The position numbers and the translations under genes are program-made. Of a stretch of DNA of 64,000 nucleotides, positions 50,238 through 59,260 are shown piece after piece. Origin of the DNA: Candidatus Poribacteria bacterium. Lineage in GTDB: Bacteria; Poribacteria; WGA-4E; UBA9662. The stretch's first letter is position 1, and each line of letters starts with the position of its first letter. The stretch spans positions 1-64,000 of the forward strand of contig JAYGDX010000073.1 of the NCBI GenBank assembly GCA_046582655.1, in the 5' to 3' direction. The notes beneath the pieces were generated by a model that was not told the origin of the DNA, made no database searches, and worked only from the letters and a program-made list of their open reading frames with translations.

Positions 50238-51437
50238 ATGCAAAGACCGCCTAAAGTTAATCCGAAAAAGTATTTATGGTGGTGTTGTATCCTTCATGTT
50301 ATCAATGATGGGTATATTGCCAGTTTGTCTCTCTTACTGCCCTTCATAGCTAAGGATTTGGATCTTACCTATACCGAATCTGGTTTGCTTAAAACTGCTA
50401 TCCACGGTGCTATAAGTGTTGCTCAAGTTCCTGCCGGATTCTTAGCCGAGCGCTTCGGGGACATTGTGATGCTTGGTCTAGGAGGCTTATGGTTCAGCTT
50501 TAGCTATATGATTTTGTTCTTGGCATTTAGTTATTCTTTTACGTTGATCTTGATACTTTCGGCTGGCGTTGGTGGTGGTGTTTATCATCCTGTAGGCACT
50601 GCTCTAGTATCCAATGCCTACCTGGATGGGGAGTCTGGTTCAGCTATCAGCACATTGAATTTCTTCGGTGATGTTGGTAAAGCGATCTTCCCCTTTCTAG
50701 CCGGTGTGTTGGTTGTCAGGTTCGGATGGCGAGTAAATTGCGTGGTGTTAGGAATGGTTGGATTGGGAACCTCTATTTTATATCTGTTGTTCTTTCGAAG
50801 GGAAATCCGCTTAAAAAGACTTTCGTTAGAGGTCTCAGGCGACCAGTTTGATAAAACAAGTAGGAGGTGGGGGATAGCACAACCGGGCCAATTCACCCTC
50901 TATTCTGTCCTCGGGCTTTTGGACAATGGTATTCGATCTGCCGTTACGACATTTTTAGGATTTTTGCTCATTGAAAAAAGAGGAATTCAGGAGAGTTCTG
51001 TGGGTGGAATGATGTCGTTAGTTTTTTTGGGTGGGGCGTTGGGAAAACTCTTATGTGGTCTGTCAATCCAGAAATTTGGCGTAAAGAAAATTATTCTGGT
51101 AACAGAGATACTGATGGTCCTCGGTTGTTTTGTCCTACCCATGATCCCATCAAGATGGATTCTTTTACTTTTTTTGCCGCTATTTGGGTTTATGTTGAAT
51201 GGTACATCTTCTGTCATCTATGTTGGTGTTGCACCAACGCTTAGGTCTGAGTTTCGAAGCCGTGGATACGCGTTACACTATACTCTTAGCTTTCTTTCCT
51301 CGGCGATTACGCCTTATCTTTTTGGATTGGTTGGCGATGCATACGGTCTGAATACTATTTTCCATGCGACAGCCATAGTCATGTTACTGGGTTTGCCGTT
51401 AGTGTTTTTTTTTGAAAGAAAGAGAGAATTTCGATAA
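50238..51437 (+). CDS. MFS transporter (Fsr-like)
   Basis: About 12 hydrophobic segments; GFLAERFG motif A; GGGVYHP. Confidence 0.9.
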   Translation: MQRPPKVNPKKYLWWCCILHVINDGYIASLSLLLPFIAKDLDLTYTESGLLKTAIHGAISVAQVPAGFLAERFGDIVMLGLGGLWFSFSYMILFLAFSYSFTLILILSAGVGGGVYHPVGTALVSNAYLDGESGSAISTLNFFGDVGKAIFPFLAGVLVVRFGWRVNCVVLGMVGLGTSILYLLFFRREIRLKRLSLEVSGDQFDKTSRRWGIAQPGQFTLYSVLGLLDNGIRSAVTTFLGFLLIEKRGIQESSVGGMMSLVFLGGALGKLLCGLSIQKFGVKKIILVTEILMVLGCFVLPMIPSRWILLLFLPLFGFMLNGTSSVIYVGVAPTLRSEFRSRGYALHYTLSFLSSAITPYLFGLVGDAYGLNTIFHATAIVMLLGLPLVFFFERKREFR

Positions 51438-51815
51438 ATAATCCCGTTGAAAAACGCTTTTTTCTTTGGAGCCCCGCTTCTAGTTGGAGTTGAATACGAT
51501 CGTGCTCCTACCCAAAACCTGACTGCTGGGAAACCGACTTCGATTGGTTGTATAACGCTTCCAAGTTGTCTGAAGTGCTTCATACTGGAACTCGAAGGAA
51601 CCCAAGCTTGGTGTCTATGGTGAGCTTTTAACCTCGAGTCACGGAGGGCAAATGTGATGTGACAAGCTAAATGGACAAAAAAATTGGCATCGGAACGCAT
51701 CTTATTGGAAATCATACCCGATCGAGATTTTCGAAATGAAGATCTACTAATGGACGCGATCCAAGTGGTCCGTGTTGAGTTGTGTCCATTTAGTAATAAT
51801 AGGAGGTTGATCAAT

Positions 51816-52958
51816 ATGGATTCAAGTGTTTATGATTTGATAATTAATGCTGGGCGTGTTGTCTGTCCGTCCACCGGGCTTGATGGCCCGGGCGCAGTAG
51901 CGGTGAAGGGTGATCGAATTGTCTCTGTTGGCAATCGCTTCGAGGGGACTGCACGACAAACACTAGATTTTCCGAATGATTTGTTGCTTCCGGGTTTGGT
52001 GGATATGCACGCTCATCCGGCACGAGAGGGATCTAAGTATGGAATTGATCCCGACATCCATATGCTACCGCGGGGAACAACGACTGTGCTTTCTCAGGGG
52101 GATGCAGGTGCTAGTAATTGGCCTCGCTACCGTGAATCTGTTGTTGAAAAGGCTTGTACATGCGTTCGTCTTGCCCTCAATCTGTCCATACGAGGTGAAT
52201 CCACGGCAGGCGGCTGTTTTGAGAATTTATCAGACATAGATGTAGATGCCTGTGTTGCTGCGGTTGAAGATGGAGGCGACGCGATCTGGGGCATTGCTGT
52301 CAACATCAGCACAGTCACCAGCGGTGACACAGATCCACACGAGATCATGAGACGCGCACTGAGTGCTGCCGATCGGATAGGTTGTCCGCTACTCTTCGGT
52401 AGCCGAAGCCAGCCTGATTTCCCTTTGGCACACCAACTGGCGTGGCTCCGAACTGGCGATGTCGTTACCTACTGTTTCCGCAATGATACCGACCGAATTG
52501 TGAATGATAAGTGCGTTATAGATGAAGTCTGGAAAGCCCGTGAGAAAGGCGTTTTGTTCGATGTTGGACATGGTATGAATTCATTTCATTTTGATGTGGC
52601 GGAAACAGCAATTGCCTCAGGATTTCTACCCGACACTATCTCAACAGACCTGTACCTTCGCCATGTGGGAAGTCACCCTCAACACGATTTGCCTCGTACG
52701 CTTTCTAAGTTGATTGCTGCGGGAATGTCTGAAGCAGATGCCCTGTCGCGAGTGACTATACGCCCAGCAGAGGTGCTGGGAATGTCTGGAGAGGTTGGCA
52801 CATTGGCACCCGGCACCTCCGCTGATCTCTCTGTACTACGTTGGAATTCAGAGACATTGCCCTTATGTGATGTCACGGGTGCTCCTCGTCCTGGAGGTTG
52901 CTGGGAACCAATCCTGACGGTGCGAGCTGGTCAGCTCATTGATACTGTAGTCTCATAG
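51816..52958 (+). CDS. Dihydroorotase-like amidohydrolase/deacetylase family protein with an altered second metal site
   Basis: PGLVDMHAH, GTTTVLSQGDAG, FDVGHG, PDTISTD and ADLSVL motifs. ATG at 51816 follows AGGAGG. Confidence 0.88.
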   Translation: MDSSVYDLIINAGRVVCPSTGLDGPGAVAVKGDRIVSVGNRFEGTARQTLDFPNDLLLPGLVDMHAHPAREGSKYGIDPDIHMLPRGTTTVLSQGDAGASNWPRYRESVVEKACTCVRLALNLSIRGESTAGGCFENLSDIDVDACVAAVEDGGDAIWGIAVNISTVTSGDTDPHEIMRRALSAADRIGCPLLFGSRSQPDFPLAHQLAWLRTGDVVTYCFRNDTDRIVNDKCVIDEVWKAREKGVLFDVGHGMNSFHFDVAETAIASGFLPDTISTDLYLRHVGSHPQHDLPRTLSKLIAAGMSEADALSRVTIRPAEVLGMSGEVGTLAPGTSADLSVLRWNSETLPLCDVTGAPRPGGCWEPILTVRAGQLIDTVVS

Positions 52959-53085
52959 TGCGCGATGTTGTTCATATCGCTTTTAGATGGTTTAAACGCT
53001 TGGCTGACTTTATCAATTGCTACCAGTGCAACATTGCCTCAGCAGTCCATGGAATATGCCACCTCTGAATAACAGAACGATAATG

Positions 53086-53895
53086 TTACACCAAACCGAC
53101 AAGTTGTTTCATCTGGTCATCTATCATCTTTAGATGATCAGAGTTGAAACGTTCATGAATGGTCTGGCGAGCGTTTAACTCTTTTTCCTGATTCCCTTTT
53201 TGAGTGAAATTATATAAACAAACAAGTCGGGGTTGTTGCCGCAGATTATCCGAAGCACTGTGTATTACCTGCCCATCATAAAAAAAAACACCTCCGGCTT
53301 TGAGGGCGATTTCCTCTGGATTCCAATCGAGTCCATCAAGATTGTCCTTGGCAGTATATGCATTGTTCTTTTCCTTTTCTGCTCGGAATTGTGGATCGGC
53401 TGCCGCTTTTTCGATAAGGTAGTGACTGCCTGGGACTGCCGTCATGGCCCCGCCCGAAGGTTCAATATCAGCAAAAGTTAGCCAGGCGTTAGCGAAACTT
53501 CCTTCTCTCTCAAGAAAAGGCGTGTTAGAGAACCCATCAGTATGACTCCGCCAGTTCCCATTTTTTAAACATCCACACACTTTTCCGAAAAAAGTAACAA
53601 CGGGTATAGGTTCGGCTGAGAGCCGAAATGAACCATCAATCATGTGTGAAATCACCTCCAGCAATTTTGGATGTGTGGCAAATCGAGCGATTTCAGGAAT
53701 ACTGTGCTGAGGGGTCTTGAGTTGCCGTCGTGTTCCCCAGATATGGGCATAAGACTCTGGGGATTCGGGTCGAATTTTGTCAAGCAGAATGGCAGCTCCT
53801 TCTTTTGCTTCTCCTGTGGTAAGAACATTCTCAATAGTTGCGTACCCTTGGGCAATAAATTGCTGGCGAAAGTCTTTAATATTTTGTTTTGGCAG
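53086..53895 (-). CDS. PhyH-family Fe(II)/2OG dioxygenase (269 aa), probable CTG start
   Basis: The frame of ORF 53086..53664 stays open to a CTG at 53895, 7 nt after AGGAG, adding F..QGYATIENVL…HPKLL. Motifs HTD, VPGSH, IHSAS and PR. Confidence 0.8.
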   Translation of the reverse strand: MPKQNIKDFRQQFIAQGYATIENVLTTGEAKEGAAILLDKIRPESPESYAHIWGTRRQLKTPQHSIPEIARFATHPKLLEVISHMIDGSFRLSAEPIPVVTFFGKVCGCLKNGNWRSHTDGFSNTPFLEREGSFANAWLTFADIEPSGGAMTAVPGSHYLIEKAAADPQFRAEKEKNNAYTAKDNLDGLDWNPEEIALKAGGVFFYDGQVIHSASDNLRQQPRLVCLYNFTQKGNQEKELNARQTIHERFNSDHLKMIDDQMKQLVGLV

Positions 53896-53933
53896 AGGAC
53901 TTCTCCTGAGAGTATTTTTATCATATTAACGGA

Positions 53934-54917
53934 CTATGGAACTTGAGCACCCTGTGTTTCCACATAAAGAGCGTAAAGAGACTGGCTTCCGGCCATGAAA
54001 ACTCGGTTCCTTTTAACACCACCGAAACATAAGTTAGCACAAACCTCAGGAAGATGAATCTTGCCAATTAGATCACCATCGGGTGCAAAAATGTGGACAC
54101 CGTCATATCCTTCACCTACCCAGCCTGCGCTTGACCAGAGATTCCCATCAACATCGCAGCGGATACCATCTGCTAATCCCGGTGACATGTCGCAAAAAAA
54201 ACGCCCGCTTTTCAGTCGGGCATTGTCAGCCACGTCATAGACGCGAATGTGACGTGGATGATCTGGTTTATGTGTGGCTCCAGTATCGACAATATATAAC
54301 TTGGAATAGTCAGGCGAGAAGCAGAGGCCGTTGGGTTTTTCAAGCTCGTCTGCAACCACCGTGGCTTCACCCGTATCTGGGTTAAGTCGGTAAACGTTGG
54401 TTGGTAATTCAAAGTCAGCTCTCTCTCCTTCATAGTGAAGGAGAATCCCATAGCCAGGATCAGTGAACCAAATATGTCCATCCGGGTGAACCACCACATC
54501 GTTGGGGGCGTTTAATGGTTTACCTTCGAAACTCTCCATTAACACGGTGATGCGACCATCATATTCCGTTCGAGTCACGCGACGTGTCAGATGTTCACAG
54601 GTAACTAACCTACCTTGCTTATCACGGGTATTGCCGTTACTGTTATTGGCAGGTTGCCGAAAGACGGTGACCTGACCGGTTTCCTCTATCCAGCGCATTA
54701 TCCTGTTGTTGGGAATATCACTCCAGATCAGGCAACGTGCATCCCCAAACCAGACTGGGCCTTCCGACCATCGAGCGCCAGTCCATAATCGTTCCACCAC
54801 AGCGTTACCAATTAGATACTTGGCAAACCGTTGATCAACTATCTCAATGGCTGGATCGGGATACCTGGTGATCCCTTGATCCCATTTTCTATTGACACTT
54901 GAAATGTTACTCATCAT
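53934..54917 (-). CDS. SMP-30/gluconolactonase family protein
   Basis: WSEGPVW, SDIPNNRI, NAPND, FTDPGYG, PNGLCFSPD and DGIRCD motifs. Confidence 0.93.
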   Translation of the reverse strand: MMSNISSVNRKWDQGITRYPDPAIEIVDQRFAKYLIGNAVVERLWTGARWSEGPVWFGDARCLIWSDIPNNRIMRWIEETGQVTVFRQPANNSNGNTRDKQGRLVTCEHLTRRVTRTEYDGRITVLMESFEGKPLNAPNDVVVHPDGHIWFTDPGYGILLHYEGERADFELPTNVYRLNPDTGEATVVADELEKPNGLCFSPDYSKLYIVDTGATHKPDHPRHIRVYDVADNARLKSGRFFCDMSPGLADGIRCDVDGNLWSSAGWVGEGYDGVHIFAPDGDLIGKIHLPEVCANLCFGGVKRNRVFMAGSQSLYALYVETQGAQVP

Positions 54918-55774
54918 CTCTCCTTGATATACAAATACAAAAAATAATAGGGTTAGACCAGTTTATATGGTCATTATTTTTAATTTATAGCAATAGTTTA
55001 TATAAATTCTGTTTGCTTAAGATGAAATTACTTCAGAATTACCGTCTTCCGTGTGTTCGTAATCGATAAAAAATAGACTCTACTGGTCACTTGTTCTCCA
55101 ACTTGATTCCGTTCATCTTTAAAGTTAAAGTAGATAATAGTCATGATTTCCTTTACCTCAGCCTTGGCCTGAATCTTGTAAGTAGAAAACGACTGAATCG
55201 ATCGGGGAACGGTAGTTTTGGTTCGGATGGTCGGTCAGAATAAGACTGAACATTCGGGGCCAACCAGTAGGTGTGGAAGTAAACTGGAGAACCTAAGGTG
55301 GAAAGTTTCCCAGGTGGAACAGAACGATCCAACTCATCAAGCTCATTACTGACTAATGTTGATATTCCTACAGCTAATTTGAGTAGGCTAACGTCATCCT
55401 TTGTAACTTTGTAAACGGTTTCCAGCTTAGGCCTGAGTTCTGGGAGAGGCGGGCTTGGTCGGGAATATTAGCCGAACCCTCCACGTCCTGAGCCCTCATT
55501 TGTCCAGTGCTTATGATAGTCTTTATCTTCTAAATCGGACGCTGCCATTGGAATTACAAACTTTATACTGGAAAAAATATCCTTATTAGGCGACCCCTAG
55601 TTCGCGACTGCATCCTTGAAATAACTACTTGGGAAAGTTGCCTTGGCTCAGCGAAGTGCCGATAGTAGCTTACGTTGCCGAATCATAACGGGGAATAGTA
55701 ACATCATTGGGAGTGGTCTCACTGTAAGCACGTTAGCATGACTTTATTCTCATCTTTGACCAGTTGAATTAGCT

Positions 55775-56788
55775 TTAACTGGCAAGCCGGTTTGAAACCC
55801 ACCCAACTTGGTGAACGTGATTTCTGATTTCCTCAATAATTTGATGTATTCCTTCAACATGATCGCAAGTCTGCAATCTGATGCGAAATTCTTTCATGTG
55901 CGGAATACTTTTAAAATAATTTTTGTAATGACGACGCATTTCTAATATTCCTAACCTGTTTCCTTTCCATTTAATTGAAAAATCAAGATGGCGCATCAGC
56001 ACCCGAATACGTTCTTCGACTGAGGGAGTAGACCGTAGTTTTCCAGTCGACAAATAATCTTTAATCTCGTTAAAAATCCAAGGATAACCAATACTGGCAC
56101 GACCAATCATAATTCCGTCAACACCATACTTTCGGCGCATCTCATCAGCCTTTTGCGGGCTATCAACATCACCATTACCAAAAACAGGAATTGTCATGCG
56201 AGGATTATCCTTAATTTTACCGATCAATTCCCATTCAGCCGAACCTTTGTACATTTGCTTTCGTGTTCGACCGTGAATCGATATGGCTTTGATACCGACA
56301 CCTTGTAGACGCTCAGCAACTTCGATAACATACATGGTATTTCGGTCCCAGCCCAGCCTGGTTTTTACAGTTACAGGAAGGCGCGTCGCTTTCACAATCT
56401 CAGCGGTCATCTTTACCATCTTTGGAATATCTTTGAGAATCCCGGCACCAGCACCTTTGGATGCAACTTTCTTCACAGGGCACCCATAGTTAATGTCAAT
56501 AATATCGGGTCTAGCCTGTTCAGCAATTTCTGTTGCTTGGCGCATCGATTCTATTTCATTACCGAAGATTTGGATTCCTATAGGATGTTCATATTCGAAA
56601 ATATCAAGTTTAGCAACACTCTTAGCTGCATGACGGATCAAACCTTCCGAGGAAATGAATTCGGTAAACATTAAATCCGCACCATTTTCCTTGCAGGCAA
56701 TACGAAATGGGGGATCACTCACGTCCTCCATTGGAGCTAATAAAAGAGGGAACTCTGAGATCTTGATATCACCTATTTTTACCATCAC
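55775..56788 (-). CDS. dusB: tRNA-dihydrouridine synthase B
   Basis: LAPMEDVSD, DINYGCP, VKTRLGW, IHGRT, GNGD and MIGRA motifs. Confidence 0.93.
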   Translation of the reverse strand: MMVKIGDIKISEFPLLLAPMEDVSDPPFRIACKENGADLMFTEFISSEGLIRHAAKSVAKLDIFEYEHPIGIQIFGNEIESMRQATEIAEQARPDIIDINYGCPVKKVASKGAGAGILKDIPKMVKMTAEIVKATRLPVTVKTRLGWDRNTMYVIEVAERLQGVGIKAISIHGRTRKQMYKGSAEWELIGKIKDNPRMTIPVFGNGDVDSPQKADEMRRKYGVDGIMIGRASIGYPWIFNEIKDYLSTGKLRSTPSVEERIRVLMRHLDFSIKWKGNRLGILEMRRHYKNYFKSIPHMKEFRIRLQTCDHVEGIHQIIEEIRNHVHQVGWVSNRLAS

Positions 56789-56851
56789 GCCATCTTTCAG
56801 ATGCTAGATATAAATCAATAAGACTTCAAACCAATCGTATTACTGAAACAT

Positions 56852-57817
56852 TTATAACTGAACAGCTTTACCAGTTCGGGCAGATTCATAGATCGCCATA
56901 TTCAGTTCAATAGATCTCTTTCCTTCATACCCATCCACAGCAGCTTGCTTACCATTATTGATAACCTGAATTGCATCTTCAATCGTGTTCTTTGGATAAT
57001 GGGGCAATTCAATTTCTGGTTCGTCTTCTTTGAAATCCCAAATGTTTGGTCCAAGTCCCACAACCCCTTTTGTGCCATGTATCTGAATCATTGAAACATT
57101 ATTGCTTGGAAAAGTAGTTGTCGTGTATACAGTTCCAATCGCACCATTCTTGAATTGCAAGATAGCAGTGGCCAAGTCTTCTGTTTCACAATTTTCATGA
57201 GAGTACACACCGAAGTGGGCACCAATCACCTTATCAACGTCTCCCATAAACCATAGCATCAAGTCAACGTAGTGCACACCCTGATTCATAATGGATCCGC
57301 CACCGTCAAATTCCCATGTACCATGCCAGCCAACATAATAGCTGTCAGCACGGAACCATTTCATGCGTAACTCACAGTGGATTGGCTTGCCAATTACCTC
57401 GTTTTGGACAGCGTGTTGTATTCGTCGGTTATGTTCACCGTAACGTTCCTGAAAATCAACCAGCAGCTTAACCTCATTTTTCTCGCAAGCATCGATTAAA
57501 GCATCACAATTCTCAATACTTACATCCATTGGTTTAGTGGTGATAACATGTGTTCCACGATTGGCCGCTTCTATTCCGATCTTGGCATGTAATCCACTTG
57601 GCAACATGATCATTCCAACATCAATATCGTCCCGATCAAACATCTCATTTGCTTCTGTGTAAGTATCACATCCAAATTTCTCGGCTGCATTATTACATCT
57701 GTCTTCATCGAGATCGGCCACCGCAACCAGTTTTGCCCCGTCTGTATTAGCAATTTGATTTGCTCGGTTCATTCCCATTCCCAGACCAACAACACCAAAA
57801 CCTAATTCTATGCTCAT
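56852..57817 (-). CDS. Gfo/Idh/MocA family oxidoreductase
   Basis: GVVGLGMG, HVITTKP and GGGSIMNQGVH motifs. Confidence 0.92.
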   Translation of the reverse strand: MSIELGFGVVGLGMGMNRANQIANTDGAKLVAVADLDEDRCNNAAEKFGCDTYTEANEMFDRDDIDVGMIMLPSGLHAKIGIEAANRGTHVITTKPMDVSIENCDALIDACEKNEVKLLVDFQERYGEHNRRIQHAVQNEVIGKPIHCELRMKWFRADSYYVGWHGTWEFDGGGSIMNQGVHYVDLMLWFMGDVDKVIGAHFGVYSHENCETEDLATAILQFKNGAIGTVYTTTTFPSNNVSMIQIHGTKGVVGLGPNIWDFKEDEPEIELPHYPKNTIEDAIQVINNGKQAAVDGYEGKRSIELNMAIYESARTGKAVQL

Positions 57818-57866
57818 ATAATAACTCCCAACATCAAAAAATGCTTAATTTAACAGATAGCACAGA

Positions 57867-57895
57867 ATTATGTGAAAATGTAGTATTGATGTCAA
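57867..57895 (-). promoter_or_regulatory. Sigma70 promoter upstream of the Gfo/Idh/MocA gene
   Basis: Minus strand TTGACA-17 nt-CATAAT. Confidence 0.6.
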
Positions 57896-57907
57896 GACAT
57901 ATCTAAT

Positions 57908-59257
57908 TTATATGCCTGACAAATAGGTTTCAAGATCGATTATCGCGCGTTCAGCGTAAGCTTTTGCCCGAACTCGTTTGCGCATTTTCTTCCCTGATTC
58001 TAATTCTAATGGAGGTAGCAGGCCAAAATTAGCCTTCATTGGCTGAAAATCCGCTAAACTTGCGTGTGTAACGTAGTGGCAAAGCGAACCCAGAATTGTT
58101 GTTCTTGGTAGAGTAATTAATTCTTTTCCATTTAACAGTCGTACTAAGTTCCAACCAGCTAGTAATCCAGTAGCAAAATTTCCAACGTAGCCTTCGACGC
58201 CCGTAATCTGACCAGCAAAAAAAAGATCCTCACGACGACGAAATTGCATGGTGGGTTTCAGCAATTTGGGTGCCGAGATAAATGTGTTACGATGCATTTG
58301 ACCATACCTCGCAAATTCTGCATTTGCCAAGCCTGGAACCGATTGAAACACACGTTTCTGCTCAGGAAATTTTAGATTCGTCTGAAATCCAACCATATTG
58401 TAAAGTGTTCCGGCAATATTATCTCTCCGCAACTGCACAACGGCATATGCACGACGGTTTGTTTTAGGATCTATTAATCCAACAGGTCGCATCGGTCCAT
58501 AAGCCAGAGTGTCGCGTCCTCGCTGAGCGATAATTTCTACTGGCAGGCATCCTTCGAAAAATTTGTGTGCCCCAGCTTTAACTCCTGATTCAATAGCAGA
58601 CTCAAACGAATGTAGTTCGATACGTTCGGCGTCCTTGACATTATTAACAAACTCTTCATATTGATCACGATTAAGCGGACAATTGATATAATCACCTTCT
58701 TCAAATTCGCCTTTACCATACCGGGATCCAAAAAAAGCAACATCCATATTAATTGATTCAAAACCCACTATTGGCGAAATGGCATCAAAGAAGTAGAGAT
58801 GTTCTTCACCACTCACGGCTGTAATCGAATTCGCCAGATTCATTGATGTTAACGGACCAGATGCTATGATTGTTGGTCCTATTGGGATTTCGGTGATTTC
58901 TTGGTGTATAACTTCAATTTTTGGGTGTTCCTTAATTCGCTTAGTAATGAGTTGTGAAAAAGCCTGCCGGTCGACAGCTAGTGCTCCGCCGGCAGGCACT
59001 GCCGTTTGATCGGCACATTCCATCAATAGCGATCCAAGTTGTCTTAGCTCCGTTTTCAGTACACCAGAGGCACGGTCGGGCAGGTTTGATCCAAGCGAAT
59101 TTGAGCAGACCAGTTCACCCAAATCGGCAGTAACATGCGCCCCCGTTTCGACTGTCGGTCTCATTTCGTAAAGTCTCACGTTGACATCTCGTTCCGCTAT
59201 TTGCCAAGCGGCTTCGCTTCCAGCCAAACCTCCACCGATAATGACAACCTGTTTCAT
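57908..59257 (-). CDS. trmFO: tRNA (uracil-5-)-methyltransferase TrmFO
   Basis: GGGLAGSEAAWQ, ELVCSNS, FEGCLP, YGPMRPVGL, VGFQT, MHRNTF and GQITGVEGY motifs. Confidence 0.96.
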   Translation of the reverse strand: MKQVVIIGGGLAGSEAAWQIAERDVNVRLYEMRPTVETGAHVTADLGELVCSNSLGSNLPDRASGVLKTELRQLGSLLMECADQTAVPAGGALAVDRQAFSQLITKRIKEHPKIEVIHQEITEIPIGPTIIASGPLTSMNLANSITAVSGEEHLYFFDAISPIVGFESINMDVAFFGSRYGKGEFEEGDYINCPLNRDQYEEFVNNVKDAERIELHSFESAIESGVKAGAHKFFEGCLPVEIIAQRGRDTLAYGPMRPVGLIDPKTNRRAYAVVQLRRDNIAGTLYNMVGFQTNLKFPEQKRVFQSVPGLANAEFARYGQMHRNTFISAPKLLKPTMQFRRREDLFFAGQITGVEGYVGNFATGLLAGWNLVRLLNGKELITLPRTTILGSLCHYVTHASLADFQPMKANFGLLPPLELESGKKMRKRVRAKAYAERAIIDLETYLSGI

Positions 59258-59260
59258 CTT

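Noticed and set aside
51684..51815. 44-aa N-terminal extension of the amidohydrolase
   Set aside because: AGGAGG precedes ATG 51816, where family similarity begins. The upstream frame may be a remnant of another gene.
53652..53924. 90-aa ORF as a separate gene or as evidence of a frameshifted PhyH
   Set aside because: The PhyH frame is continuous to CTG 53895, so this ORF is an overlapping off-frame shadow.
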